From: an uncultured bacterium
Lineage (GTDB): Bacteria > Krumholzibacteriota > Krumholzibacteriia > Krumholzibacteriales > Krumholzibacteriaceae
Direction of reading: 5' to 3'
DNA: 64,000 bases
NCBI GenBank assembly: GCA_963786935.1
Contig: CAWBAN010000002.1
Span: 352,001 to 416,000, forward strand
The position numbers were made by a program, and so were the translations under genes. Below, one piece after another: positions 1-10,052 of the stretch; positions within the stretch are counted from its first letter, which is position 1; every line of letters begins with the position of its first letter. Below the pieces are notes generated by a model. That model did no database searches, had not been told where the DNA came from, and saw only the letters and a program-made list of their open reading frames with translations.

Positions 1-26
1 GAGCCGGGAAGCGATTCCCATAATCC

Positions 27-54
27 TTGACAAGGGGGCGGCGTTTCGTAATAT
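27..54 (+). promoter_or_regulatory. sigma70-type promoter for rho
   Basis: TTGACA (27-32), 16-nt spacer, TAATAT (49-54). Confidence 0.7.
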
Positions 55-282
55 TGGAGAGTCTTGAGAACAGCGTTCATCCGAAGCGTCCCGTTCATCA
101 TTCTTCAGTAGGCGTGCGGAAGGGCAGCTCCCGAGGCGGATTCCTTTTAGAATATCCCGTACAAAGCCGGGCCAGTTGAGTGACATCCGCGTTCAAAGCA
201 CTGGCCGGTGTTAATAATAAAGAACAAATCGGACCGAGAACCTCCACGAAAGTCCACAGCACGAAGGAGAGGTCTTAGCGTG

Positions 283-1530
283 ATGGACATTGCCGAATTA
301 AAATCGAAGAAGATCGAGGAGCTCATCGACGTCGCGGCGACGCTCAATATCGAAGGGCTGTCGAGCCTGCGGAAGCAGGAGATCATATTCAAGATCCTCG
401 AGGCCCAGGCGACCCAGAACGGGCTCATATTCGCCGAAGGCGTGCTCCAGGTCCTGCCCGAGGGGTACGGCTTCCTCCGGTCGTCGACGTACAACTATCT
501 GCCGGGCCCCGACGACATCTACGTCTCGCCCTCCCAGATCAAGAAGTTCGACCTCCGGACGGGCGACACCGTCTCGGGCCAGGTCCGCGCCCCGAAGGAA
601 TCGGAGCGCTATTTCGCGCTCCTCAAGGTCGAGATGGTCGACGGCGAGCATCCCGAGGACACCAAGAAGAAGACCCTCTTCGACAACCTGACGCCGCTCT
701 ATCCCGACGAGCTCATCAATCTCGAAAGCAATCCCGACGATCTCTCGACGCGTCTCATGAACCTGCTCACGCCGATCGGCAAGGGGCAGCGCGGCCTCAT
801 CGTGTCGCCGCCGCGCGCCGGGAAAACGATCATCATGCAGAAGATTGCCAACTCCATCACGGCGAACCATCCCGAGATCTACCTCATCGTGCTGCTCATC
901 GACGAGCGCCCCGAGGAGGTCACCGACATGGAGCGCTCCGTGAAGGGGGAGGTCATCAGCTCCACGTTCGACGAGCCGGCCGACCGGCACGTGCAGGTCG
1001 CCGACATGGTCATCGAGAAGGCGAAGCGCCTCGTCGAGCACGGCAAGGACGTCGTCATCCTCCTCGACAGCCTCACGAGGCTCGCCCGCGCGCACAACGC
1101 CGTCGTGCCCCATTCGGGCAAGATCCTCTCGGGCGGCGTCGATTCGAACGCGCTGCAGCGGCCGAAGCGCTTCTTCGGCGCCGCGCGGAACACGGAAGAG
1201 CAGGGGAGCCTCACGATCATCGCGACGGCCCTCGTCGAGACGGGAAGCCGCATGGACGAGGTCATCTTCGAGGAGTTCAAGGGCACGGGAAACCTCGAAA
1301 TCGTCCTTGACCGGCGCCTCGCCGACAAGCGCGTTTTCCCGGCGATCGACATCTTCCGCTCGGGCACGAGAAAGGAAGAGCTGCTGCTCCCGGAGAAGGT
1401 GCTCAGCAAGGTCTATATTCTGCGCAAGTTCTTGAGCGACAAGAACGTAGTCGAGGCCATGGAATTTCTCCTCGAGAAGATGTCCAAGACGAAATCGAAC
1501 CAGAAATTCCTCTCCGCGATGAACGCCTAG
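283..1530 (+). CDS. rho: transcription termination factor Rho
   Basis: [16 protein letters not shown]-loop [30 protein letters not shown] before GTG280/ATG283. Confidence 0.98.
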   Translation: MDIAELKSKKIEELIDVAATLNIEGLSSLRKQEIIFKILEAQATQNGLIFAEGVLQVLPEGYGFLRSSTYNYLPGPDDIYVSPSQIKKFDLRTGDTVSGQVRAPKESERYFALLKVEMVDGEHPEDTKKKTLFDNLTPLYPDELINLESNPDDLSTRLMNLLTPIGKGQRGLIVSPPRAGKTIIMQKIANSITANHPEIYLIVLLIDERPEEVTDMERSVKGEVISSTFDEPADRHVQVADMVIEKAKRLVEHGKDVVILLDSLTRLARAHNAVVPHSGKILSGGVDSNALQRPKRFFGAARNTEEQGSLTIIATALVETGSRMDEVIFEEFKGTGNLEIVLDRRLADKRVFPAIDIFRSGTRKEELLLPEKVLSKVYILRKFLSDKNVVEAMEFLLEKMSKTKSNQKFLSAMNA

Positions 1531-1561
1531 CGCCCGTCGGGGCGGCCCCCGGGGCGGGCGC
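1530..1561 (+). terminator. GC-rich hairpin after rho (possible terminator/stabiliser)
   Basis: GCGCCCGTC...GGCGGGCGC inverted repeat; no adjacent U-tract. Confidence 0.35.
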
Positions 1562-1603
1562 CGGCGGCCGGAAAATTCCGTTTGTGTTCCCGCGTTCGCT
1601 TTA

Positions 1604-1633
1604 TTAGATTTAGCGGGCTTTTCATGATATAAT
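1604..1633 (+). promoter_or_regulatory. promoter for rpmE operon (extended -10)
   Basis: TGaTATAAT at 1625-1633; weak -35 TTAGAT at 1604. Confidence 0.55.
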
Positions 1634-1688
1634 ATGGCGTTGGGCCGGTGTGCGGCCCGCAGAGCAACGCGCAAACAGGGAGTAGGAA

Positions 1689-1937
1689 ATGAAGAAGGAA
1701 ATTCATCCCGACTACAAGCGGATGAAGATCACGTGCCTCTGCGGCAACGTGATAGAGACCTCATCCACCAAGCAGGATATCCACGTCGAAATCTGTTCCC
1801 GGTGCCACCCGTTTTTCACGGGAAAGCAGAAGCTCATCGACACCGCCGGCCGCGTCGAGCGTTTCCAGCGCAAGTACGCCGACTACAAGGGCAAGAAGAA
1901 GGCCGACAAGGACACCGGAACGGAAACGGCGAAGTAG
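1689..1937 (+). CDS. rpmE: 50S ribosomal protein L31 (Zn-binding type)
   Basis: MKKEIHP, Cx[17 protein letters not shown]. Confidence 0.97.
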   Translation: MKKEIHPDYKRMKITCLCGNVIETSSTKQDIHVEICSRCHPFFTGKQKLIDTAGRVERFQRKYADYKGKKKADKDTGTETAK

Positions 1938-1979
1938 CCTCCCCGGAACCATCCTCCTCAGCGCTCGTGTAAGGGGCTC

Positions 1980-2969
1980 ATGTCCGATACAGACGCGAGA
2001 AAGCGCCTCCAGGTGGGCGGGCAAGCCGTCATCGAAGGCGTGATGATGCGCTCGCCGGCGTGCATCGCCACCGCGGTGCGCACCCCCGGAGGCGAGATCG
2101 TCGTGCAGAAGGAGCCGTTCACGAGCCTCGTCAGGCGTTTCCGTCCCCTCAACATTCCGGTGATCCGCGGCGCGATCGCCTTCGTCGAAACGTTCGTCAT
2201 CGCGATCAAATCGCTTTCGTTCTCGGCCGAGAAGGCGTCGGCGGAGCTTCCCGGGGCTGAGGACGCCGGAGCGCCGGGCGGGGAGAAGAAGAAGCCGCAG
2301 AAGGGGCTCTCGTTCATCCACATCTTCCTCACGATCCTCGCGGCCTTCGCGCTCGGGTTCGGCCTGTTCTTCTACCTGCCGCTCTTTCTCACGGAGCTCA
2401 CCGGCCTCACGCAGGGAGTGCTCTTCAACCTCGTCGACGGCGTGATCCGCCTCGTCTTCCTCGTGACGTACATCGTGCTCATCACGCGGTGGAAGGAGAT
2501 GCGGCGGATATTCGAGTATCACGGCGCCGAGCACAAGACGATCTCGGCGTTCGAGGAGGAGGGGCGCGCGACGCTCGAGAACGTCCGGGCGTACTCGACC
2601 GTCCACGCGCGGTGCAGCACGAGCTTCCTGCTCCTCGTCGTCGTCGTCAGCATCGTCGTGTTCATGATCCTCGGGCGGCCGCAGAGCGTCGGCGACAAGA
2701 TCGTCCGCTTCGCGTTCATCCCCGTCATCGGCGGCGTTTCGTACGAGCTCCTCAAGCTCTCGGCGAAGCCGTCCGTGCGCCCCTACCTGGCGCTCCTCGT
2801 GTGGCCCGGCCTGTTTCTCCAGCGGCTCACCACGAAGGAGCCCTCGAGCGACCAGCTCGAGGTCGCCATCGCCGCGCTCAACGCCTGCCTCGGCGACGGC
2901 GCCCGCTGCGGCGATACGTCCCGCCTCGGCGATCCGCCCCGCCTCGGCGACAAAATGGTGGAATCCTAG
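1980..2969 (+). CDS. DUF1385 family membrane protein (putative metal-dependent enzyme)
   Basis: VGGQAVIEGVMM, YHGAEHK, RCSTSF, LQRLTTKEP; usual rpmE-DUF1385-prfA context. Confidence 0.9.
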   Translation: MSDTDARKRLQVGGQAVIEGVMMRSPACIATAVRTPGGEIVVQKEPFTSLVRRFRPLNIPVIRGAIAFVETFVIAIKSLSFSAEKASAELPGAEDAGAPGGEKKKPQKGLSFIHIFLTILAAFALGFGLFFYLPLFLTELTGLTQGVLFNLVDGVIRLVFLVTYIVLITRWKEMRRIFEYHGAEHKTISAFEEEGRATLENVRAYSTVHARCSTSFLLLVVVVSIVVFMILGRPQSVGDKIVRFAFIPVIGGVSYELLKLSAKPSVRPYLALLVWPGLFLQRLTTKEPSSDQLEVAIAALNACLGDGARCGDTSRLGDPPRLGDKMVES

Positions 2970-3058
2970 CCTCGCATTGATTACAGTTTCGTCGTGCCGC
3001 CGCCCGCGCGCCCTGGTCCGCGGCGTCGCCTCCCGTGCGGCCGTCGAATGGAGGACCG

Positions 3059-4159
3059 GTGGAGTCGAACACCCACTATCAAAACGTGATCGCGCGCTAC
3101 GACCAGCTCGGGGACGAGCTCGGCAAGCCCGAGAACATCAGGAACCGCGATCTCTACCGCAAGCTCGCCCGCGAGCGCAGCGAGCTCGAGAAGGCCGTCG
3201 TCGCGATCCGGCGCTACGCCGATTTCGAGAAGCGCTACGCCGACGATCGCTCGGTCGTCGAGCAGGGGGAGGATCGCGAGCTCGTCGATCTCGCCCGCTC
3301 CGAAATGGCCGAGCTCGAGCGCGAGATGCGGGCCGAGGAAGAGAACATCAAGGTGCTTCTCCTGCCCCGTGATCCGGACGATTCGCGCAACACCGTCTTC
3401 GAGATCCGGGCGGGAACCGGCGGGGACGAGGCCGCGCTCTTCGCCGCGGACCTCGCCCGGATGTACCGGCTCTACTCGGAGCGGCACGGGTGGAAGGTCG
3501 AGGACCTGTCGAGCAGCCCGACCGAAATCGGCGGCTTCAAGGAGAGCATCTTCCTCGTGACGGGGGAGAACGCGTACGGGAAGCTCAAGTTCGAGAGCGG
3601 CGTGCACCGCGTGCAGCGCGTGCCGGTGACGGAGGCGGGGGGGCGCATCCACACGTCGGCCGTTTCGGTCGCCGTGCTCCCCGAGGCGGAGGAGGTCGAT
3701 ATCCATATCGACCAGAAGGATCTCCGCGTCGATGTCTTCCGCTCCCGCGGCCCGGGCGGCCAGTCGGTGAACACGACCGACTCGGCCGTGCGCATCACGC
3801 ACATTCCGACCGGCATGGTCGTCCAGTGTCAGGACGAGAAATCGCAGCTGAAGAACCGGGTGAAGGCCCTCAAGGTGCTCATGGCGCGGCTCCTCGAGAA
3901 GGCGCGCAGCGAGCAGGACGAGAAGATCGCCGCCGCGCGGCGCGGCATGATCGGCTCGGGGGACCGGAGCGACAAGATCCGCACGTACAATTTCCCGCAG
4001 GGGCGGGTCACCGACCACCGGATCGGGCTCACCATATACAACCTGAAAGGCGTCCTCGACGGCGCGCTCGACGAGATCGTCGACGCGCTCGCGCTGGCGC
4101 ATCGCGAGGAGCTCCTCAAGCGCGAAATGGAGGCCGGAAACCGAGCGGGAGGCGCTTGA
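3059..4159 (+). CDS. prfA: peptide chain release factor 1
   Basis: GGQ motif, PVT tripeptide, [14 protein letters not shown] start after GGAGG. Confidence 0.97.
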   Translation: MESNTHYQNVIARYDQLGDELGKPENIRNRDLYRKLARERSELEKAVVAIRRYADFEKRYADDRSVVEQGEDRELVDLARSEMAELEREMRAEEENIKVLLLPRDPDDSRNTVFEIRAGTGGDEAALFAADLARMYRLYSERHGWKVEDLSSSPTEIGGFKESIFLVTGENAYGKLKFESGVHRVQRVPVTEAGGRIHTSAVSVAVLPEAEEVDIHIDQKDLRVDVFRSRGPGGQSVNTTDSAVRITHIPTGMVVQCQDEKSQLKNRVKALKVLMARLLEKARSEQDEKIAAARRGMIGSGDRSDKIRTYNFPQGRVTDHRIGLTIYNLKGVLDGALDEIVDALALAHREELLKREMEAGNRAGGA

Positions 4160-4160
4160 G

Positions 4161-5060
4161 ATGCCGGACGCGGCGCCCGCGAAACGGGTGAAGGTCATGG
4201 AGGCGCTGCGGCTCGCGGAAGCGTACCTCTCGCGGCACGGCGTCGAATCCCCCCGGCTCAGCGCCGAGCATCTGCTCGCGCGGCGCATGCGATGCTCGCG
4301 GCTCGATCTCTACCTCCGCTTCGATCACGAGCTCGTCGACGACGTGCTCGTTCCGTACCGCGAGGATCTCAAGGTGCGCTCGACGCGGTATCCGCTCCAG
4401 TACATTCTCGGCGAGGTCGAATTCATGTCGCTCCCGTTCGCGGTGCGCGAGGGCGTCTTCATACCGCGCCCCGAGACGGAGCTCCTCGTCGAGTGCATCG
4501 AGGAGATCGTCGGCGAAGCGCCCGCGATCTCGTTCGTCGAGCTCGGCGTCGGCTCGGGCGTCATCGCGGGGAGCCTGTGCCGGCGGCATCCCGGCTGGAG
4601 CGCCGTCGCCGTGGACGTCTCGGAGGCGGCGGTCGCGCTCGCGCGGGAGAATTTCGAGGCGCTCGGGGTGGCGCCGCGCGTGGAAACGATCGTCGCCGAC
4701 GGGCTCTGCCGCGTCGTCGCGGGCGCGGGCTTCGACCTGCTCGTCTCGAATCCGCCGTACGTTCCATCCGCCGAGATACCGTCGCTCGAGGCGGAGGTAT
4801 CCCGCTGGGAGGAGCGCGGGGCGCTCGACGGGGGGGCCGACGGCACGGCGTTCTTTCCCGCCCTCGCGGCGGAGGCGATGCGTCTCCTGCGCCCCGGCGG
4901 GCTCCTCGCTTTCGAGATCGGCCACGGCCAGGGGGACGCGGCGATCGAGGCGTGCGCGCGCGCCGGGCTCGAAAGCGCCGCGATGCGACGGGACTACAAC
5001 AGGCTCGAACGGATCGTGACGGCCATGGCGCCGGATGCGAGGAATGGGTGCGATGGATAG
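4161..5060 (+). CDS. prmC: release factor glutamine methyltransferase
   Basis: PLQYILG, FIPRPETE, GxGSG, NPPY. Confidence 0.95.
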   Translation: MPDAAPAKRVKVMEALRLAEAYLSRHGVESPRLSAEHLLARRMRCSRLDLYLRFDHELVDDVLVPYREDLKVRSTRYPLQYILGEVEFMSLPFAVREGVFIPRPETELLVECIEEIVGEAPAISFVELGVGSGVIAGSLCRRHPGWSAVAVDVSEAAVALARENFEALGVAPRVETIVADGLCRVVAGAGFDLLVSNPPYVPSAEIPSLEAEVSRWEERGALDGGADGTAFFPALAAEAMRLLRPGGLLAFEIGHGQGDAAIEACARAGLESAAMRRDYNRLERIVTAMAPDARNGCDG

Positions 5061-6306
5061 ATTCGTCATCAAGGGACCGTGCCGGCTCGAGGGGCGCGTC
5101 GAGGTGAGCGGCGCGAAAAACGCCGTGCTTCCCCTCATGGCCGCCTCCATGCTCACCGGCGGGACGTGCACGCTCGACAACGTCCCCGATCTCAAGGACA
5201 CGCGGACCATGATGGAGCTGCTCGCGGGCTTCGGCGTCGTCTCGTCGTTCGTCGTCGGCCGGCTCACGATCGACGCGTCGCGGATCGCCTCGTTCGAGGC
5301 GCCGTACGAGCTCGTGCGGACGATGCGCGCTTCGATCTACGCGTTCGGCCCGCTCGTCGCGCGATTCGGCCGGGCGCGCGTGTCGATGCCGGGCGGCTGC
5401 GCGTGGGGGCCGCGCCCCGTCGATCTCCACCTCAAGGGGCTCGCGGCGCTCGGCGCGAAGCTCACGATCGAGCACGGCTACATCAACGCGAGCGCCGGGA
5501 AGCTCCGGGGCGCCGAGATCACGCTCGGGATCGCGAGCGTCGGCGCGACGGTGAACATCGTCATGGCCGCCGTCCTCGCCGAGGGGCGGACCGTGATCGA
5601 GAACGCCGCGCGGGAGCCCGAGGTCGCCGAGCTCGCGCGGGCGCTCAAGGGCGCCGGGGCGAAGATCGAAGGGGAGGGGACCTCCCGCGTCACGATCGAC
5701 GGCGTGGCGGCGATCGCGCCCTTCACGCACCGCGTCATTCCCGACCGCATCGAGGCGGGCACCTTCGCCGCCGCCGCGGCGATCACGGGAGGGCGGATCG
5801 AGATCGCCGGATGCGATCCGTCGCACCTCGGCGCGGTCGTCGAGAAGCTCGTGGAATGCGGCGCGCGCGTCGAGCAGGCCCCCGGCGCGATCACGGTGAC
5901 GGGCCCCCCGCGGCTCCGCCCCGCGAACGTGGAGACGGGATTCTACCCGTCCTTTCCGACCGACATGCAGGCGCAGATCATGGCGGCGCTCTCGATCGCC
6001 TCGGGAACGAGCACCGTCGTCGACCGCGTGTATCCCGACCGTTTCACGCACGTGCCGGAGCTCTGCCGCTTCGGCGCGAAGATCGTGAGAGACGGCAACG
6101 TCGCGGTCGTCACCGGCGTCGAAAAGCTCGAGGGAGCGCCGGTGATGGCGACCGACATCCGGGCGAGCTCAGCCCTCATCCTCGCGGCGCTCGCCGCCGA
6201 GGGGGAGACGACGATTCTCCGCGTCTATCACATCGACCGGGGCTACGAGCGGATCGAGGAGAAGCTTCGGGGGATCGGCGCCTCGATCCGGAGGGTCGCG
6301 GAATGA
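5053..6306 (+). CDS. murA: UDP-N-acetylglucosamine 1-carboxyvinyltransferase
   Basis: SGAKNA, PGGCAWGPRP (catalytic Cys), DRIEAGT, FPTDMQ, HIDRGY. Confidence 0.98.
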   Translation: MDRFVIKGPCRLEGRVEVSGAKNAVLPLMAASMLTGGTCTLDNVPDLKDTRTMMELLAGFGVVSSFVVGRLTIDASRIASFEAPYELVRTMRASIYAFGPLVARFGRARVSMPGGCAWGPRPVDLHLKGLAALGAKLTIEHGYINASAGKLRGAEITLGIASVGATVNIVMAAVLAEGRTVIENAAREPEVAELARALKGAGAKIEGEGTSRVTIDGVAAIAPFTHRVIPDRIEAGTFAAAAAITGGRIEIAGCDPSHLGAVVEKLVECGARVEQAPGAITVTGPPRLRPANVETGFYPSFPTDMQAQIMAALSIASGTSTVVDRVYPDRFTHVPELCRFGAKIVRDGNVAVVTGVEKLEGAPVMATDIRASSALILAALAAEGETTILRVYHIDRGYERIEEKLRGIGASIRRVAE

Positions 6307-6342
6307 GCTTCGCCCTCGGATCGTCCGGGAGGAGCGCGCGGC

Positions 6343-8244
6343 ATGCGTAACCTCATCATCGGAACGTCCGGCCACGTCGATCACGGCAAAACGGAGATCG
6401 TGAAGGCGCTGACCGGCCGCAACACGGATCGTCTCAAGGAAGAGCAGGAGCGCGGCATCTCGATCGTGCTCGGCTTCGCGCCGCTCGATCTCGGCGACGG
6501 CGTCACGGCCGGCATCGTGGACGTGCCCGGCCACGAGCGCTTCGTCAAGACGATGGTCTCGGGGGCGGTCGGTGTCGATCTCGCGCTCCTCGTCGTCGCG
6601 GCGGACGAGGGGGTCATGCCGCAGACCGAGGAGCACTTCGAGGTGCTCCGGCTCCTCGGCGTGCGGGGCGCCGTGATCGCGATCACGAAGATCGATCTCG
6701 CCGACGACGGCCTCGTCGGCCTCGTCGAGGAGGAGGTCCGCGATCTCGTCAAGGGAAGCGCCTTCGAGAGCGCGCCGGTCATCCGGACCTCCGCCGTGAC
6801 GGGTGCCGGGCTCGCCGAGCTCAAGGCGACGCTGCGCTCGCGCGCGATCGCGCTCGCCGAGCGCGAGGCCGCCGACTTCTTCCGCATGCCGGTCGACCGC
6901 GTCTGGACGAGGAGCGGGATCGGCACGATCGTCACCGGAACGGCGTGGAGCGGCGAGGTGCGCAAGGGGGACGAGCTCGTGCTCGAGCCCGGCGGGCGGG
7001 ACGTTCGCGTCCGGGAGGTGCAGAGCTTCGAGCGGACGCTCGAAGCGGCCTCGGCCGGCATGCGCACGGCGCTCGCGCTCCACGGCGTGCGCGTGAGCGA
7101 GGTGGCGTCGGGCATGCAGGCGCTCACCCCCGGCGTGCTCTCCCCGGCGAGCATGCTCAACGCGGTCGTCGAGGTGGGGCGCCTCGCGCCGGGACCGCTC
7201 AGGAACAGGCAGCGGGTGCGTTTCCACCACGCCGCTTCCGAAATCATCGGCCGCGTCGTCACGCTCGACGGCGCCGAGATCGCCCCCGGGGGGAACGCCT
7301 ACGTTCAGCTCCGGCTCGAAAACAAGGCCGTCGCCCGGCGGGGGGACCGGTTCATCCTCAGGTCGTACTCTCCGCAGCACGTGATCGGCGGGGGACGGAT
7401 TCTCGATCCGGACGCCCCGAAGCTCAAGGCGCATTCGGCGGCGCTCGCGCGGGAGCGCCTGCGCGCGCTCGACGGCGGGACGGCGGAGGATACGGTGGTC
7501 GCGTGCGCCGCGTCCGGCGGGAGCGCCGGATTCGCGATCGCTTCCCTCGAGCGCTACGGGCTCGCGCGGGGGGAGATCGCCGCCGCGGTGGAGGCGCTCG
7601 CGAAGGCGGGGCGCCTCGTATCGATCGAGGGGCGCCTGTTCGAGAAACGGATCGTATCCGACACGGCCCGCTCGCTCGTCGCGATGATCGAGGCGATGTC
7701 CGCCGAAAACAAGCTGCTCTGGGGAGTCGATCGCGAGGAGCTCAAGGCGCGATCGTCGATGCGCGAGGGCCCGCTCTTCGACTACCTCATGGAAGAGGGA
7801 AAGCGCGGCGGCGCCCTGTTCTTCAAGGGGAGCCGGGTCCGCGCCGGGAGCGGCGAACGCGAGCTTTCCGAAGCCGACCGGAAGGCGCTCGCCGCGATCG
7901 AGGCGCGCGTCCGCGAGGCGGGGAGCGCCTTCGCGACGAAAGCGGATCTCCTCGCGATCGTGCGGGACGAGAAGCGCCTCGTGTCGTATCTGCATATTCT
8001 CGCCGACCGGGGCGCGATCGTGCGCATCTCGTCGGAGGGGGCGATGCACGCCGAGCGGTACCGGGAGCTTCTCGAGAAGGTGCGTTCCCGCCTCCTCGGC
8101 GGCGGCGCCCTCTCCGTCGGCGATTTCAAGGAGATGTTCGGATTCTCGCGCAAATTCGCCGTGCCGATCCTCGAGCACCTCGACCGCGAGGGGATCACGC
8201 GGCGGGACGGTGACGAACGGAAAGCGGGGCCGAAGCTCGCGTGA
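6343..8244 (+). CDS. selB: selenocysteine-specific elongation factor
   Basis: [29 protein letters not shown], long winged-helix C-terminus with [13 protein letters not shown]. Confidence 0.95.
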   Translation: MRNLIIGTSGHVDHGKTEIVKALTGRNTDRLKEEQERGISIVLGFAPLDLGDGVTAGIVDVPGHERFVKTMVSGAVGVDLALLVVAADEGVMPQTEEHFEVLRLLGVRGAVIAITKIDLADDGLVGLVEEEVRDLVKGSAFESAPVIRTSAVTGAGLAELKATLRSRAIALAEREAADFFRMPVDRVWTRSGIGTIVTGTAWSGEVRKGDELVLEPGGRDVRVREVQSFERTLEAASAGMRTALALHGVRVSEVASGMQALTPGVLSPASMLNAVVEVGRLAPGPLRNRQRVRFHHAASEIIGRVVTLDGAEIAPGGNAYVQLRLENKAVARRGDRFILRSYSPQHVIGGGRILDPDAPKLKAHSAALARERLRALDGGTAEDTVVACAASGGSAGFAIASLERYGLARGEIAAAVEALAKAGRLVSIEGRLFEKRIVSDTARSLVAMIEAMSAENKLLWGVDREELKARSSMREGPLFDYLMEEGKRGGALFFKGSRVRAGSGERELSEADRKALAAIEARVREAGSAFATKADLLAIVRDEKRLVSYLHILADRGAIVRISSEGAMHAERYRELLEKVRSRLLGGGALSVGDFKEMFGFSRKFAVPILEHLDREGITRRDGDERKAGPKLA

Positions 8245-8291
8245 GCGCGGCGCCGCGACGGCCGGCGCGGCGCCGGATCCGGGAGGAGCGT

Positions 8292-9368
8292 ATGATCGAG
8301 CGTGCACGGCGGAGAAAGACGAGACGGGTGCTCTATCGCGGCGTTCCCGTGGGCGGGAACGCGCCGATCACGATTCAATCGATGACGACGGCGCCGACGG
8401 CGGACGCGCGGCGGGTCATGCGCGAAATCCGCGCGCTCGCGCGGGCGGGCTGCGAGCTCGTCCGCGTCGCCGTGAAGGACGCCTCCGACGTCGCGGCGCT
8501 GCCGGCGCTCTGCGCCCGGAGCCCCATCCCCGTGATCGCCGACGTTCATTTCGATTACCGGATCGCCGTCGCCGCGGCGAAAGCGGGGGCCGCCGGGCTC
8601 CGCGTCAATCCCGGCAACATCGGCGGCGCGGAAAAGGTCCGGCGCGTCGTCGACGCGGCGGCCGCGGCCGGCATCCCCGTCCGCGTCGGCGTCAACTCGG
8701 GGAGCCTCGAGCGCGATCTGCGAGCGCTCGCGCGAACCGATCCCGCGCGCGCGCTCCGGGAGAGCGCGCTGCGCAGCTACCGGCTCATCGACGGGCTCGG
8801 GTTCCGCGATCTCGTGTTCAGCCTCAAGTCCCCCGACGCGCTCGTCACCGTGGAGGCGAACCGCCTGTTCGCCGCCGACACCGATTGCCCGCTCCACGTG
8901 GGGGTTACGGAAGCGGGGCCCCCCCTCAGCGGCGCCGCGAAATCGGCCGTGGCGCTCACGATGCTGCTCGGCGCGGGAATCGGCGATACGGTGCGCGTCT
9001 CCCTCTCGGGCGATCCGGTGCGCGAGGTGACGGCGGCCGCGGCGGTGCTTTCGGCGCTCGGGCTCCGCGACGACATTCCGCGGATCGTGTCGTGTCCGAC
9101 GTGCGGGAGGAGCCGGATCGACGTGGCGCGGATCTCGGAGCGCCTCGAGCGCGAGATACTCGGCCGCCGCGCCGGCGTCGCGATCGCGGTCATGGGGTGC
9201 GAGGTGAACGGGCCCGGGGAGGCCCGGGACGCCGATATCGGGCTCGCGGGCTCGCGCGGCGGGGCCGTTCTCTTCAGGAAAGGGAAGGTCGTGAAGCGCC
9301 TCTCGGGTGATATCGCCGGGAAATTCCTGGCGGAGGTCCGCCGGTTCCTGGACGGCGGCGAAAAATGA
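8292..9368 (+). CDS. ispG: 4-hydroxy-3-methylbut-2-en-1-yl diphosphate synthase
   Basis: IQSMT, ADVHF, RVNPGNIG, GDTVRVSL, CPTCGR, MGCEVNGPGE. Confidence 0.96.
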   Translation: MIERARRRKTRRVLYRGVPVGGNAPITIQSMTTAPTADARRVMREIRALARAGCELVRVAVKDASDVAALPALCARSPIPVIADVHFDYRIAVAAAKAGAAGLRVNPGNIGGAEKVRRVVDAAAAAGIPVRVGVNSGSLERDLRALARTDPARALRESALRSYRLIDGLGFRDLVFSLKSPDALVTVEANRLFAADTDCPLHVGVTEAGPPLSGAAKSAVALTMLLGAGIGDTVRVSLSGDPVREVTAAAAVLSALGLRDDIPRIVSCPTCGRSRIDVARISERLEREILGRRAGVAIAVMGCEVNGPGEARDADIGLAGSRGGAVLFRKGKVVKRLSGDIAGKFLAEVRRFLDGGEK

Positions 9369-9543
9369 GTGCTTTTCTTCATCCGGCGAGAAATAAATCT
9401 GGTAAAATTCCGCGAAAAATGCTATTATACCGTCGGTTGTGTCAATGGGTTACGGAAAGGACCCGCCCGCGTAGTCGAGCTTCCGGCAACCCCAGGGGTT
9501 GTTGTTTGCATGCTCCCGTCGGGGAGGAGAGGAGGTCGTGTTC

Positions 9544-9900
9544 ATGAGGGGTAGTAGAGCGATTCTCGCTCTTGCGGTACTCGTGCTCATCTTGGGCGCT
9601 TCGACGCTGTGGGCTCAGGGCGAATACTCGATGCCGCTCGACCGTTCGATCTATCCCTTGCGCACCGCGATCAAATACGACACGCAGACGTATACGTTCA
9701 CCTGCCAGAGCGCCTACAACGTGCGCTTCGAGAAGATCGATTCGAAACGGGTGAGGCTGTTCATCAAGCCGTTGGCCTCGCAGCCCATCCCGTATGAAGT
9801 AACGATTCAATGGGGCAATTTCCCGGCGATCACGCTGCAGACCGATCCGTCGGGCGAAACGTTCATCCTGAACACGGAGACGGGCTACGCCGAGAAGTAG
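9544..9900 (+). CDS. hypothetical secreted protein
   Basis: Strong SD GGAGGAGAGG; signal peptide MRGSRAILALAVLVLILGASTLWA; genome-like codon usage; TGcTATTAT upstream at 9420-9428. Confidence 0.75.
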   Translation: MRGSRAILALAVLVLILGASTLWAQGEYSMPLDRSIYPLRTAIKYDTQTYTFTCQSAYNVRFEKIDSKRVRLFIKPLASQPIPYEVTIQWGNFPAITLQTDPSGETFILNTETGYAEK

Positions 9901-10052
9901 CGCTCCGGGTCCGTCCTTCATAATCCCCCCGGCCGCTCCCGCGGCGGCTGCATAGGGAATTTTCACCTGAAATTACGGGCTACTTCGCGCATGCGCTCGT
10001 TTTCACGCGCGCGCCGTCGTGCGCGCGTTCGCGCGCGGGAAGACCGCCTGAG

